This document shows positions 1 to 9,964 of a DNA stretch of 64,000 bases, piece after piece (the first letter of the stretch is position 1; every line of letters begins with the position of its first letter). The notes under the pieces are model-generated. The model was not told the origin of the DNA and ran no database searches. It worked only from the letters and a program-made list of their open reading frames with translations. The stretch comes from Hyaloraphidium curvatum SAG 235-1. Lineage: Eukaryota > Fungi > Monoblepharomycota. A program made the translations under genes and the position numbers. The stretch spans positions 248,001 to 312,000 of the forward strand of contig JAIVFI010000006.1 of NCBI GenBank assembly GCA_025558095.1, in the 5' to 3' direction.

Positions 1-1477
1 ACGATGGCGCTTGCTCACTGGCAGAAGGCTTGAGGGTTAATTCTACGCTGAAGCTCCTGAGGCTGACCTTCAATACCATTGGAAACATGGGGGTGCAAGC
101 GCTGGCAGAGGCCCTGAAACACAACGTGGTGCTCAGTGATCTCAACTTACGCTGGAACAGCTTCGACGTTGAAGGTGTTCTAGCGCTGGCGGACATGCTG
201 AGAGTGAACTCGACGCTGAGCAATCTGGACCTCAAGATCAATTCCATCGGACGTGACGGAGCTCGCGCGCTCTTGTCGGTTCTGGAGCTCAACCCTTCCG
301 TGGAGGCGCTGGAACTGAGCTCTGGCACCGGTGATGACCTGCTCGATGATCTGGTGGTGCAGATCCGGCGGTTGGTGGTCGATCCAGGCAGGAAGGAACG
401 TGCACTACTGGCAAGGGGACGAATGGCCGGCACCACGAACGGAACTCGTCCTGCCAGCGCTGTTGCTTCGCCAGGTTTGAACGTGCTCAATGGCCAGAAC
501 GTGAGGAGCAGCTACGAAGTCGAACCGAAGCAACTGGTTCGGGGCGAGTTCTTGGGATCTGGAGGCTTTGGCACGGTGTTCGAAGGAACCTACCAGAAAC
601 ATACGCGCGTCGCGCTGAAGGTGCTCAATGGATCGGACTTGGTGGGCAGTCAGCTGGAAGAAGCGGTTTCGGACTTGGAAAGGGAGATGGCTGTGTGGTC
701 GCAGCTGCCTTACCATGCCAACGGTAGGGGACCGTACGCCGGTCTTGGTATTCAGGCAACTCGCAACCTGATGTCGCTTTTCGCAGTCTTACCGCTGATG
801 GGGTGGTGCCGCGAGCCACTTTGCCTTGTGACTACGTTCATGGCACGTGGCACGGCCAAGAACTACCTCAAGTCGCTCCAGCCCCCGTACGAATCGCGAG
901 CCGTGCACCGGCTGCTTTTCCAGGTTGCCCTCGGGATGAACCACCTGCACTCGAGGCCGACCCCGATCCTGCACCTCGATCTGAAGGGGGACAACATCCT
1001 CGTGGACGAGATCGGCATCGCCAAGGTCGCCGACTTTGGGCTGTCCAAGATCAGGGCCACGGCCTCGCTGCATTCCACGAATCGGGGCGGAGGAACGACT
1101 GTTTTCAAGGCGCCCGAGAGTAAGTGATCATTCCGGGACTGGTTGGATATCTGCTAACCAAGTCGCCGACGCTCGCAGCTTTTGCCAGGCCCAATCCGAA
1201 ACCAGGGACGGCCACGGACGTTTACGCCTTCGGCGTGACCATGTGGGAACTCTTCTCGCTCGGCGAGATACCACTCCTGCGCGAAGCGCGTTTGCTTGGC
1301 CCCGACGCCTTCGGCGAGCGGATAAGGACGGACCCCGGTTTCCGGCCGCAGCGGCCGTACGGCTGCCCCGATGCCACGTGGGGTCTGATGCAGAGGTGCT
1401 GGGCGATGGATGCGGCGGAGAGACCGAGATTCGAGGAAGTGGCGGACGAGCTGAAGGCGATCTTCGAAAGCCTGTAG
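1..1477 (+). CDS. LRR (RNI-like) + tyrosine-kinase-like protein kinase, 5'-truncated by the window; introns 724-786 and 1120-1178
   Basis: Repeats of LxxNxxLxxLxLxxNxIGxxGxxALAxxL followed by kinase motifs GSGGFGTV, VALK, HLDLKGDN, DFG, APE, DVYAFG, CW..RP.F. Removing the two GT-AG introns joins ORFs 30..1127 and 1124..1477. Confidence 0.9.
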
Positions 1478-1508
1478 TCAGCAAAAAAAGGGCCCAGATT
1501 CGGAAATA

Positions 1509-3050
1509 TCATTCGATCGTGCACCAGCTCTGCATGGTCGCGCGCACCCCCGCGCCCCTGAGGATCCCCACGAGCCCCACGGCGATGGTGACGAGCGTGG
1601 CCGCGATCCCCCTGACGAACCCGAACGTTACTGGGACGCCGAACAGCCTCGCCAGGTTCTCGTCCACAGCCCGCTCGAAACGTTCGAGCACGGCCACCTG
1701 CGCCGCCGCGGCCGTGGAGACGGGCAGCCGGCGGCCGGCGAACGCGAGCCGGATGTCGGCGGCCGCGCGGCCGTACAGCGCGGCGTTCCGGGCGACGATG
1801 CCATTGGCGGTGGCGAAATTGAGAAGGGCGAAGAGAAGCTCGAGGGTATGGAGGGCGAGGGAACCGATGATCCAGGCCGTTGCGCACCCGGAGCCAAACA
1901 TGAAGACGAGCAGCACCACCACCGAGAGTCCGAAAACCGCAGCGTGTGCGAGATTGTAGTCTTGCGAGGCCTTGGCTCTCGCACGCCACTTTGGCGCCAG
2001 CGTGTGGTGAAGCTCTATGTACGTTTCCCACGTGCCATTTCGTTGGCCTTGGGTTTGGGAGTCTGTCGTCAGCACCGGCTCTCCTTCTTGCGCGTCGGCA
2101 TCGGCGACGCAGAATTGGACGACCTCCGAGAGGGACATCGCGATGGCCCTCGCTTCGAGCCGGCCCTCCAACTCGAGCAGGGCAACATCCGTCGATATGC
2201 CCTCCAGGATGATGGACACGTGCTGCACGACATAAACTACGGGCAGGTAGGAAAACAGCGCGGCCTTCCAAGGCACCCCCCATATGGCATCGCCGAGAAA
2301 GACGGTCGGCGTCCACGACGCGAACAACCAGTAAACCAGCTGGGCAAGGATATTCGTGACGATCTGGCGCGCGAGCTGGATCGCCGACGATCTCCGGGGC
2401 AACCCCCCTGCGCACGACGACCGCGCGCACGGGCACCACGGGTCCCGATCGCGGTGCTCCAGCATCGGCCGCGGCCGGGGTCCCCGCTCCGCCGGCGCCT
2501 CGGCGTCCCCGGCTTGCGCCGTGCCCCAGCCCGACAGCTCGATCCAGCGGGCCAGGCCGCACCACGGGCTCGCGTCCTCCGTCGGCGGCCGGCCCCAAGC
2601 CGGAACGCGCTGCGCAAGGAGGACAACGTGGAAGGCCGCGCATTCGAAGGCGAAGGCTGCGACGCCGACGGCGGCGCCGCGCGCGGAGAAGGCGCCGGAG
2701 GCCAACGCGGGGCCCCAGGCCGCGTACGGGGCGGCGACGGCCACGGGGAGCAGGAAGAACAGCGTGCGCGAGACGGGCAGGCGGTTGAGCCGCGGCCACG
2801 CCTGCGCGGCGACGAGGGCGAACGGGACGCGGAGGGGCGCGAGGGCCGCCAGCAGCCGCGCGCGCGTCATGGGGTCCGCGGCGCGGAAGTCCGCCGCGGG
2901 ATCGCTTTCCATCGGCACGAGGGAGGCAAGCTCCGGCGCCAGCGGCGGTTGCAGGGCCGCGGGCGTCGGCAGCAGCGCGAGCAGTTCCGCGGCGCTGAAC
3001 ATGCCGCCCAGCGCCTGCGGCTCCTTGGGATTCGCCGCCGCCGCGTCCAT
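1509..3050 (-). CDS. multi-pass membrane protein, paralogue 1 of a three-member family (candidate 7TM ion channel/GRL-like)
   Basis: 3' part of ORF 1509..4163 from MDAAAANP; several hydrophobic helices; motifs shared with 17471-19025 and 29013-30563. Confidence 0.8.
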   Translation of the reverse strand: MDAAAANPKEPQALGGMFSAAELLALLPTPAALQPPLAPELASLVPMESDPAADFRAADPMTRARLLAALAPLRVPFALVAAQAWPRLNRLPVSRTLFFLLPVAVAAPYAAWGPALASGAFSARGAAVGVAAFAFECAAFHVVLLAQRVPAWGRPPTEDASPWCGLARWIELSGWGTAQAGDAEAPAERGPRPRPMLEHRDRDPWCPCARSSCAGGLPRRSSAIQLARQIVTNILAQLVYWLFASWTPTVFLGDAIWGVPWKAALFSYLPVVYVVQHVSIILEGISTDVALLELEGRLEARAIAMSLSEVVQFCVADADAQEGEPVLTTDSQTQGQRNGTWETYIELHHTLAPKWRARAKASQDYNLAHAAVFGLSVVVLLVFMFGSGCATAWIIGSLALHTLELLFALLNFATANGIVARNAALYGRAAADIRLAFAGRRLPVSTAAAAQVAVLERFERAVDENLARLFGVPVTFGFVRGIAATLVTIAVGLVGILRGAGVRATMQSWCTIE

Positions 3051-3264
3051 TTGCGAGAAGGCGACGACCGGCAGCGGGATCGATGCGCGATTCGGTGGCG
3101 GTTTGTTATCGCGAAGTGCGACTGGCGCCGAAGAACTTTCGATTTCGGCCCGCCAAGCCTGGCTGGAAGATCCGCGCGAACGGTCGGCAACGTGCGAGGA
3201 TGGCGAACGGGATATCATTCGAGTATTGATACAATTCGCTCCGCACCGCAGCATCCGGCAGCTT

Positions 3265-3987
3265 TCAGTTGGGGCACCTGGGGAAGCAGGCGTACGAGAC
3301 GGGGTCGTTCGCGCCGCCCACCAGCGGGCACCACTGGCCGCCGATACGTTGGCACTGCGTGGCGTTGAACACTCCAGGGGGAGCGCGCTTCGCGATGCGG
3401 GGGTCGCCGTCCCTCTTGGCCTTGGCGGGGAGTGCGGGCGGCAGCGCGACCGGGGCGTCCGTGGGCTCGGGCAGGTTGCCGGGCTTGGACAGCAGGCTGC
3501 AGATGGCCTTGTTCGGGGCGCACGTGCCGTCGGCGCAAAAGACGAGGCCGAATCCGGCGCAGTCCACGGGCGGCCTGTAGTTCTCCGGGCACTGGTCGGC
3601 CGAAGGCACGCAGCCGCCGTCCTGGCAGGTGCTCCAGCCGAGGTCGGCGCAGGTCCTGGGGCACAGGTCGGCGCTGGGGGCGCAGATGGAGCTGCTGGGG
3701 CATAGGGTCCAGCCGGCGGAGGTGCAAGTGTCGGCGAGGGCGGCGGCGAAGGCGTCGGTGGGGTGCGCGTCCGGCGCAACAACCCGGGGGACCACGGGGG
3801 GAGCGAGGCCGCGGGCTCGGAGGCCCTGGCAGGCGTAGATGTTCTGGGCACAGAAGCCGTTGAGGCACTTGACGGTGCCGGGGGGACAGTTCGCGGGGGG
3901 ACTCGGGCGGGCGTGCGCCGCGGGGAGCAGGGACACCGCCAGGGCCGCGAGCAGGAGGGCGGCGGCGAAGGCGCTGAGGCGGGCCAT
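3265..3987 (-). CDS. secreted cysteine-rich protein with CxDGxC-type repeats
   Basis: Signal peptide MARLSAFAAALLLAALAVSLLPAAHA; repeats CLNGFC, CQDGGCV, CADGTCA; two KR sites near the C-terminus. Confidence 0.75.
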   Translation of the reverse strand: MARLSAFAAALLLAALAVSLLPAAHARPSPPANCPPGTVKCLNGFCAQNIYACQGLRARGLAPPVVPRVVAPDAHPTDAFAAALADTCTSAGWTLCPSSSICAPSADLCPRTCADLGWSTCQDGGCVPSADQCPENYRPPVDCAGFGLVFCADGTCAPNKAICSLLSKPGNLPEPTDAPVALPPALPAKAKRDGDPRIAKRAPPGVFNATQCQRIGGQWCPLVGGANDPVSYACFPRCPN

Positions 3988-4648
3988 TGCTGCCGATAGA
4001 GTTTTGGCTTTATTTGAGTGTTGCTGGTTTTGGATTCGAGCTCGCGGTGGTGCTGTGCGGTGCCAAGGGGGTGCTTATGTAGGGTCTCGATTTCGGGAAA
4101 TGCGGCGCAGCAGCGTCCCGAACGGTCGGCAAAGCGGCCGAAGGTTCCAGGCGGCCGAAACACCGCATTCCGCGGTCTATCCGCTTCCGAACGAACTCAG
4201 CACCGCCGCTGCGCCGCGACGGTTCGTGCACAGCGTGGCGGTTCCGAGAGCGGCAGCGCGGTGCGCGGGCGGCTTGACCACCAATTCTCGCCGGGCCGAG
4301 GCGAAGAACAACCGATCGCAAACAGAGACAAGCATAGAGCGGTGCACACACCTGGGAGTCGAAATCTCACCGGCCTGTCTCCGCGGAAGTTCCCGCGGCC
4401 ACGCAGACCCTGCTTTGTGCGGCCAGTGCTTCCGCCCGCACACCTTCGAACAAGCCCAAGGCGCACCGAGCGAGCCCGTGCCATCGCGGACGCGATTCAG
4501 GCAGGTGATGAATCGATTCCCGGGACGGTGGTCGCGCGGCAGACGGAGGTGGTCGGTGACCGCCGTCCCGCCTGTGCGCCCGAACCTCCGCGGGGACGAT
4601 ACCCTTTCTCGCCAGCTCTCCCCCTTTTGCACGGCCGCACGCTCTCCA

Positions 4649-4965
4649 ATGGCAGTGAGCAGATCCCGCCCCCTTTTCCCGCCTGCGCCGCCGACCGCCC
4701 CCCGTCGACAGCGCCTCGTCAAGGCCTCCACCCTCAAGTCGGGCGACCGCCTGGTCCGCGACGACCGCGCCGTCGCGCTCAGCAAAGTCACGACGGACTA
4801 CGACGTGGTGCATGCGGACTATTACGACGAGGAACAGGTGCAGACGGTCACGCTGAGCTTCAGGCCCGACGAGGACGTGGAGGGTGGGTGCTGCGCTGCC
4901 TGGTGGGTAGGGATGGGGGCTGATGGGGTGCGTGGCGGGCAGTACTGGACAAGGATGAGCAGTGA
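4649..4965 (+). CDS. small (~66 aa) hypothetical protein, 3 exons (introns 4655-4711, 4884-4942)
   Basis: ATG GCA|gtgagc...cag| and |gtgggt...gcag| splice to MARLVKASTLKSGDRLVRDD...FRPDEDVEVLDKDEQ*; GC3-rich codon usage. Confidence 0.6.
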
Positions 4966-5395
4966 GCTTGATACCAAGGACGAGCAGCGGCTTGATACCA
5001 CGGTCGCGTTCGCGGGACCGTCGCAAGGAAACAAGGGGGGTCGGCGGGCGGATGTTCCAACTCCGCTTTCGCGATAGCGAATAACTGGCTGTTTAAATAC
5101 TCTCGAAATGGACAGATCCGCCCCGATTTCATTCGTCGCCATTTCCCGCTTGGGCCCGCCTGGCTCGCATTCCGGTCAGCTCTCGGGTCCGAACGGTCAT
5201 GTCCTCCACCGCCCTTCACTCGCACGCAAAAGCAACCAGCGACATCGGACGGGTTACGACGCAAAGCCACCGGATCCGAATGGATCGATCGTCTTTGGAT
5301 CGTCCGCCAGCGGATGCGCCCAGCTCGATCGAGCTGCATGCTTCGCCACCCGCAACAAAGGACGCGTCCCCTGCGCTCTTCGCTTCCCTTCCGCG

Positions 5396-6136
5396 ATGCC
5401 TCCCACCGTCAGCGACCGCGACCCCGCCTCCCTCTTCCTCGCCCTCTGCGCGCGCCTCTCGCCCGCAGTTCCGCCCACCGTCTCCGCCGCCTGGGCCTCC
5501 CGCCTCGCCTCGCTGTACTCCGCGAACGACCGCGCGTACCACACTTTGGCGCACGTCGAATGGCTGTTGAGGCTGCTCCCCGGCTCCCCCGGGCACCCTC
5601 TCGGCGCGTTCACAGACGGCGGGGAGGACTGGACCGCCGCGGAGCTGGCGATCTGGTTCCACGACGCCATGTACGACCCGCGCGCGGGAAAGGGGGACAA
5701 CGAGCGCGCGAGCGAGGCGCTGTGGCGCGAGTTCGCGGACGAGGCGTTGGTTTCCGGAGGGATGGCGGGGAAGGTGTCGCGCATGATCCTGGCCACGGTA
5801 GACCACCGCCTTCCCGAGCCCCACGACGCGACCGACGCCGCGTTCCTGGACATGGACCTCTCCATCCTCGCCGCCCCGCCGGGAAACGGTGCGGGTAGCG
5901 ACGCCTCGGGTAACGCCTCGGGATGGGACATCGGCTACGACGAATACGCCTCCCGCATCCGCCGCGAGTATTTTCACTATCCCGACGAAGCGTACAAAGC
6001 CGGCCGCGCCGCCGTCCTCCGCGGCTTTCTCGCCCGCGACAGGCTCTACTTCTCCTCCCGCGCGCGGGACTGGGAGCCCCGCGCGCGCGATAACCTCGCC
6101 CGCGAGATCGCCGCCCTCTCCCCGCCTCCCTCCTAG
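5396..6136 (+). CDS. predicted metal-dependent HD-superfamily phosphohydrolase (COG4339-like)
   Basis: Motifs RAYHTLAH, LAIWFHDAMYDP, DNERAS, ILATVDH, FLDMDLSIL, YDEYASRIRREY; intronless. Confidence 0.85.
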   Translation: MPPTVSDRDPASLFLALCARLSPAVPPTVSAAWASRLASLYSANDRAYHTLAHVEWLLRLLPGSPGHPLGAFTDGGEDWTAAELAIWFHDAMYDPRAGKGDNERASEALWREFADEALVSGGMAGKVSRMILATVDHRLPEPHDATDAAFLDMDLSILAAPPGNGAGSDASGNASGWDIGYDEYASRIRREYFHYPDEAYKAGRAAVLRGFLARDRLYFSSRARDWEPRARDNLAREIAALSPPPS

Positions 6137-6140
6137 CCCT

Positions 6141-7744
6141 TCACGCGTGCGTGCCGGCCTTTTGTCCGGGCGGCAGCCCCGCTTCCTCCCCGGCGCCGTC
6201 GGCAACGTCGGCGCCGTAGACTTCCCTCCCGCCCGGCCCGCCGCGCGGCGCCAGCACCCCCGCGAACCCCGCGTGCCCGGGCACCCCGAGCGCCGCCTGG
6301 CCCGCGCAGCAGAAATCGTACAGCGATTCCAAGGTGTCGGACCAGATGTCTTCGGGGAGATCGGGGGCGAGGTCGAGGATCGGGGAGGGGAGCGCGGACG
6401 GGGCTGGGGGAGGCGGAGGGTAGAGCGCGAGGAGGTCCGAGAGGGTGGTGGGGGCGGAGGGGGCCGGGAGGTCGAAGTACTTGCCGGGGAGCATGGAGAT
6501 GAAGGAGAGCACGGCGAGTGGGTTCCTAGAACAACCGAGAGCCGTGAGCTCGGAAGCGCACGGACGGGCAGACGGGGCACGAACAGGTTCATCTTGGCGC
6601 CCGCGCTTCCGACCGCCACGAAATCCCCCACGAACTTGCCGTCCGCCTTTTTCTCGACGCCGACCACCGCCAGGGCTTCCGAAACGCCCGCCTTGCCAGC
6701 CTCGGCGCACTCCTTGCAGGCCGCAAGGTCGTGCGGGTGCCGCGCGCACACGGGCACGCTCGCAAACGAGGTGCACACGGGGTGGGGCTCAGCAGGGCCC
6801 GCGGGGCCGAAGGGCGAGGCGCGGCCGCAGCACGTCGCAAAGACGGTTCCCTGCGGGACCTGCGCGCCGTGCGCGAGTCGATCTGAAACGGCGGATCGCG
6901 CGTGGTCAGCGGAAACCGCAGCGAAACCCGGAGAGGACCCACCACGGAGGTACATCCCGACCGCCGCCACCACGCTCCCCACCGCCGTCCCCTCGCCCTC
7001 GCCTCTCGGGAAGAACCCCTCCTCCCCCTCGTCATCCCCCGCTTCCTCCACCAGCGCCCCGCCCTGGACCACCGCGCCCGCGTCCGTCAGCGGGACGATG
7101 CGGCCCGACGAGACCGCGATGTGCCATTGGCGCAGCCACGCGTCGAGCAGCCGCGCGAGGTCCGGCACGGGGGGCGGCGGCGAGCCGGCGAGGCGGCCGA
7201 GGAGGAGGGAGAGGCGGAGGGCGGCGTCGGCGAGGACGTCCGGGGAGAAGGAGGGGTCCTGCTGCCGCAGAGCGGGAGGTTGCGGGGATGGGTGCGGGGA
7301 CATGCCGCCGGCGGGCGATGGGAACAGGGGCGTGTAGTCCGCCGCGGGCTCCGAGAGCGCGGGGGAGAAGCCGGCGAGCTGCGCGGCGCGGAGCCACGCC
7401 TTCTTGCGGAGCGCGTTGAGGAACACGAGGAGCAATTTCGTGCCTTCCGTGGTGGACGAGACTGCCCAGAGGTCGCCGTCGGCCGCGTCCGTGTCCGCCA
7501 TCTTCCTCGCCGAGCGCGCGAACATCGCTGCGTCCCACCGAGATCCGTCATCGCGCGGCGGCAGCGCGTCCGCCGCGACCTCCAGCAGCAGAGCGCGGGA
7601 AACGAGGGCGCCCGGGATCGACGCGCACGTCGCGCAGGGCGGCCGCAGGAACGCCGCGTTGGGGTCGACGTCGGGCGCATCGCGAATGCGGCCGCCGGGA
7701 GACGCGTGGCGCTGGCCGAAGAGGAAGGTGCCGGGGCAGGACAT
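6141..7744 (-). CDS. hypothetical protein with Cys/His clusters; intron 6526-6584
   Basis: The 5' part of ORF 5216..7744 joins the 3' part of ORF 6141..6776 through a 59-nt GT-AG intron (MNL|NPLAVLS); CATC and TCCG...HPVC...VCARHPHDLAACKEC clusters. Confidence 0.55.
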
Positions 7745-7994
7745 GGCGGTTGTTTCGGGTTGTTTTCGGACGCGTCGATCTGTTGACTCGATGTCGCTCG
7801 ATGAGTCTTGGCGTCCCGGTGTTTCCTATGAAGCCAAGCGGATCTACATCCGGCAGCATCGATGAAGATGTGCTCTTGAAAAGATGGCTCAGGACTGGAT
7901 CCTCTCGATGCTCCCTCAGATCGTACCAGACGCACGTCCAATCCCAGCATCAGGCGAGGCGCATGCATACATCTAGAAAGCCCAACACCGTACA

Positions 7995-9602
7995 TCACCT
8001 GCACCAATCCTCCAGCCCCCGCATCGCCTTCTTCGCCGCCGTGCCCTCCATCTCCCTCGCCAGATCCCCGAGCGGCTTCCCGAACCCCCATTCGGACGCC
8101 AGCACCTCCCTCCCCGGCAGCGCCTCCCTCGCGCGCTCCAGCATCGCTTCGCACCTCGACGCGTTGAGCAGGGCCGCGGAGCGCGGGTAGACTGCGGTGC
8201 CCGGGCCCGGAGGCCGGAACGACGGCGACGGCAGCCCCATGTGCGCCTCGGCATGCAGCAGCGCCGCGTGCACCACGAGCGCGAGCTTCCTCGGATCCGG
8301 CTCGATCACCGACAGGTCCCTGGCCGGCTGCACGTGCTCGCCGTATCGCTCCCTGAGCGCTGCGAGCTCCTCCCTCTGCGGTACCCGCGCCTCGTGCGCC
8401 TCCGTGGGGTAGTAGAGGGCGGCGACGGAGGTCGAGGTGCGGAACACGTTTTCGATGCTCCCGGCGCGGCCGGTGGCGGGTTCGTGGTAGCACACGTAGA
8501 CCATGGCGGCGCCGGGGGGGAGGAAGAGGGAGGAGAAGGCAATGCCGCCGCAAGGAGTGATCAGCACCGTAGTGCGCGCCATGGCGTCCATCTGCGCGGG
8601 GAACTTGAGGTCGGATGGGTTGAGGACGTCGGTGGGGACGCCAAAGGTGCGGGCAAGGTGGGCGGCGAGGGCGCGGACGTTGGCCACGGCGCGCTTGCCC
8701 TTCTTTTCCAGGAGGAGGATGCGCTGCGAGCGCGGACGAGCGCTTGGATCGCGTCCCGCGCGGGCGAGGAGATGCGCGCCAAAGTAGACCCAGTCGCCGT
8801 CGCCGGCGTGCTTGATGCCGTAGTGCGAGCCCCCGAGGGCGAGGTTGCGGGCGCAGAAGAAGCCTTCGGGGACGGAGCCCGAAGTGAGCAAGGGCCGGCG
8901 CGTGAGCAGCTGCCGCGTGTTGGCGGCCTGCACTTTGCATCCGATCGGGGGTCCGGCGCCGCCGAGCGTGCAGTTCGGATGCACGATGAGCAGCGGGTCG
9001 GCGGTTGCTGGCGAGCCGGGCGGAGCCAGCATACCGAAGCGCCTCAGCAAGCGGAAGGCGGGGAACAGCTCGTCGCCCAGGTGGTGCCCCCAATTGTGCG
9101 GCCAATAGGTGCCGATCAGCGCCGCGTTGTCCGCGGCCAACCACGGTGCGTCCGCCGGCGGGCTGCCGCGCACCACGTCGACCTCGGCGCGAACCTCCCG
9201 CATGTTCGGGTCCCACGACCGCAGCGCGAGCGGCGGGAGGGCCGGCGAGAGGTTGTCGTCCCGCGGCAGCGCGTCCGCATGCGCGCCCGCGTAGTACCGC
9301 ACGCGGGCGACGGTGACCGCCGCGCCTGCGTTGTGTACGCTGACCTCGCCGCCGTGGTCCCCCAGCCGCACGCAGACGTTCCTGAACGAACACGACCGCA
9401 GCGCTGCCGATCGCATCTGCACGCATCGGTGCGCGGACGCCGCGGGGTTGGGCGGCCGCGGGCCCCACGCGGCCCCCGTCCCGCCGGGCAGCGGGTCGGC
9501 CGGGTCCGCCGCTGGCTCCGGCTCCCGCTCCTCCCGCCGCAGCCGCACGGCCAGGAAACAAACAAACAACACCGCGGCCGCCGCGAGCACGCCGTGCCGC
9601 AT
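7995..9602 (-). CDS. type II membrane glycosyltransferase, GT61-like
   Basis: N-terminal TM anchor; SCSFRNVC, HNWGHHLGDELFP, KRAVANV, FPAQMDAMARTTVLITPCGG. Confidence 0.75.
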   Translation of the reverse strand: MRHGVLAAAAVLFVCFLAVRLRREEREPEPAADPADPLPGGTGAAWGPRPPNPAASAHRCVQMRSAALRSCSFRNVCVRLGDHGGEVSVHNAGAAVTVARVRYYAGAHADALPRDDNLSPALPPLALRSWDPNMREVRAEVDVVRGSPPADAPWLAADNAALIGTYWPHNWGHHLGDELFPAFRLLRRFGMLAPPGSPATADPLLIVHPNCTLGGAGPPIGCKVQAANTRQLLTRRPLLTSGSVPEGFFCARNLALGGSHYGIKHAGDGDWVYFGAHLLARAGRDPSARPRSQRILLLEKKGKRAVANVRALAAHLARTFGVPTDVLNPSDLKFPAQMDAMARTTVLITPCGGIAFSSLFLPPGAAMVYVCYHEPATGRAGSIENVFRTSTSVAALYYPTEAHEARVPQREELAALRERYGEHVQPARDLSVIEPDPRKLALVVHAALLHAEAHMGLPSPSFRPPGPGTAVYPRSAALLNASRCEAMLERAREALPGREVLASEWGFGKPLGDLAREMEGTAAKKAMRGLEDWCR

Positions 9603-9964
9603 CCCGCCCCCGGATGGGACGCGTGTCGTGTTTGCCGGCGTCGATGGTGAATCCTGAATTCAGACTTCAGCGCGCCCCCCATCCCGCACGGCCGCATCCG
9701 ACTGCCGTGGCGATCATGTCGGTTCGGATCCCGTCCTTTACACAGAAAGACCGCAACCGCATTCGCCGCGCCACTCGAGTCGTGGCCGTCCATCGATTGA
9801 GGGCATCCTGGCCCCTATCATCACAAACATCCTTCCTGCAAGCCCACATTCGCAGCCACTGGCATCGGTATATCCTGTCCGCTGCAATTTCTGAAAACAG
9901 ATCCATGCCGATGTCGTCGATTCCATATACCATCACAACTTCGCATCCCGCATCTTTCCCCGCG

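Noticed and set aside
3051-4163. N-terminal 371 aa of the 884-aa ORF 1509..4163
   Set aside because: It overlaps the secreted-protein gene in another frame, and paralogue alignment puts the start near 3050.
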